From an uncultured bacterium (GTDB lineage Bacteria > Acidobacteriota > Thermoanaerobaculia > Multivoradales > J023): a DNA stretch of 64,000 bases. This document shows positions 62,990 through 64,000 of the stretch, one piece after another (position 1 is the first letter of the stretch; every line of letters starts with the position of its first letter). A program made the translations under genes and the position numbers. The notes beneath the pieces are model-generated. The model was not told the origin of the DNA, did not search any database, and worked only from the letters and a program-made list of their open reading frames with translations. Where the stretch lies: contig CALFAM010000052.1 in the NCBI GenBank assembly GCA_937948815.1, forward strand, positions 1,061 through 65,060, given 5' to 3'.

Positions 62990-64000
62990 GTGCAAGCAAA
63001 TGATCTCGAACGGCATGAGCTTAGCAACGGCCTGAAGGTCGTCTTGCACCGCGACCCGCGCCTACCGCTGGTCTCGATCAACCTTTGGTACCACGTCGGC
63101 TCGAAGAACGAGCAGCTCGGACGCACCGGGCTCGCGCATCTCTTCGAGCACATCCTCTTCGAAGGCAGCGCCAACGTGGGCAAGGGCGAGCACTTCCACT
63201 ACGTCCAACAAGCAGGCGGAGTCGCCAACGGCTCGACCTGGTACGACCGGACGAATTACTACGAGACGCTGCCCAGTCACCAGCTCGACCTCGGCCTGTG
63301 GCTCGAGTCCGATCGCCTGGGATTCCTGCTGCCCGGTCTTGACCAGGACAAGCTCGACAACCAGCGCGACGTGGTGATCAACGAGCGGCGGCAGCGAGTC
63401 GACAACCAACCCTACGGCCGCGCCACCGAACGCCTCTACGAGCTCCTCTTCGAGGAAGGCCATCCATATCGGTGGCCGGTGATCGGATCGGTCGAAGATC
63501 TCGAAGCGACGACCCTCGACGACATTCGAGGCTTCTTCGCCACGTTCTACAGCCCGGGCAACGCGGTGCTGACGCTGGCCGGCAACTTCGACCCCAAGGA
63601 AGCGCTCGACAAGGTCCAGCGATGGTTCGGGGATATTCCCGCAGGGCAGGAAATCCCCCGACCGCAGATGCCAGCTGTCGGCCTGACATCGCCTCAGCGG
63701 GCGGTGCTCCATGACCGCGTGCAGCTTCCGCGGATCTACCTTGGCATGCATACGCCCGCGTACGGCCAAGACGCCTGGTACGCCGCCGACCTGCTCGCGA
63801 CGGCACTCACCGAAGGTAAGGCGAGTGTGTTGTACGAGGACCTCGTGTACCGACGCCGGCTGGCACAAGACGTCGGCGCCTATGTCTACCCGACCGAAGC
63901 GTCCGGCTTGTTCATGCTGGTGGCGACCGCACGACCGGAGGTCGAGCCCGAGCGCCTGGAAGCAGCACTGGCCGAACATCTGGAGCGCGTCAGCCGCGAG
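62990..64000 (+). CDS. M16 (pitrilysin/insulinase) family zinc peptidase, 3' end beyond window
   Basis: Frame-2 translation LSNGLKVVLHRDPRLPLVSINLWYHVGSKNEQLGRTGLAHLFEHILFEGS contains the HxxEH motif. Open to the window end, so absent from the ORF track. Start tentatively GTG 62990 (in-frame ATG at 62873 is also possible). Confidence 0.8.
   Translation, partial: MQANDLERHELSNGLKVVLHRDPRLPLVSINLWYHVGSKNEQLGRTGLAHLFEHILFEGSANVGKGEHFHYVQQAGGVANGSTWYDRTNYYETLPSHQLDLGLWLESDRLGFLLPGLDQDKLDNQRDVVINERRQRVDNQPYGRATERLYELLFEEGHPYRWPVIGSVEDLEATTLDDIRGFFATFYSPGNAVLTLAGNFDPKEALDKVQRWFGDIPAGQEIPRPQMPAVGLTSPQRAVLHDRVQLPRIYLGMHTPAYGQDAWYAADLLATALTEGKASVLYEDLVYRRRLAQDVGAYVYPTEASGLFMLVATARPEVEPERLEAALAEHLERVSRE

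Noticed and set aside
62747-63049. N-terminal extension of the lexA ORF to 317 aa
   Set aside because: LexA proteins are about 200-230 aa. The extension has no LexA similarity and overlaps the divergent promoter region. ATG 62746 gives a canonical 216-aa LexA.
63062-63979. 305-aa minus-strand ORF
   Set aside because: Antisense to an open plus-strand frame encoding an M16 peptidase with the HxxEH motif. That gene is missing from the track only because it has no stop inside the window.
1-64000. tRNA, rRNA, tmRNA, RNase P RNA, transposases, integrases, prophage or defence-island signatures
   Set aside because: I scanned by eye for T-loop GTTCGAATC-type motifs, conserved RNase P/tmRNA blocks, and DDE/tyrosine-recombinase-like ORFs, and found none. 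A covariance-model scan would be needed to exclude small RNAs.

Overview
GC-rich 64-kb chromosomal segment, densely coding on both strands, with about 47 supportable protein genes. I recognised no rRNA, tRNA, CRISPR array, transposase or integrase. Gene content points to an Acidobacteriota-like Gram-negative organism; this is inference only. The evidence is a VWFA-related protein with the V-x-V-x-V-x-D-x-G opening, carboxypeptidase-regulatory-like repeat proteins, FG-GAP/ASPIC proteins, and an ECF sigma factor overlapping a Ser/Thr kinase-TPR gene. Housekeeping anchors are dnaE, purE, pcm, lexA, pilT, ispA and a PhoX-type phosphatase. The most unusual feature is an eight-gene minus-strand cluster (18214-31659). 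It combines three multihaem c-type cytochromes (5 + 8 + 10 CxxCH), a putative outer-membrane beta-barrel with a His/Asp-rich tract, and a membrane protein with two H-x13-H helices. It also holds a cytoplasmic four-cluster Fe-S protein fused to two cyclic-nucleotide-binding domains, a double-FHA protein, and a flavoprotein-FHA-FHA-ferredoxin-like fusion. I read this as a candidate signal-gated trans-envelope electron conduit. Other points: a 942-codon secreted repeat gene is interrupted by one in-frame TGA at a position that is W/Y in all sister repeats. A 14-blade FG-GAP protein has six blades (8-13) that each carry a CxxxC insert. A well-spaced sigma-54 promoter with upstream palindromes lies between an enhancer-binding protein (with GVATGV in place of GAFTGA) and a small-ORF/RsbW/RsbV/RsbU-like operon. 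PilT has a roughly 120-aa coiled-coil tail. Many long ORFs in the track are antisense shadow ORFs typical of high-GC DNA and were rejected.
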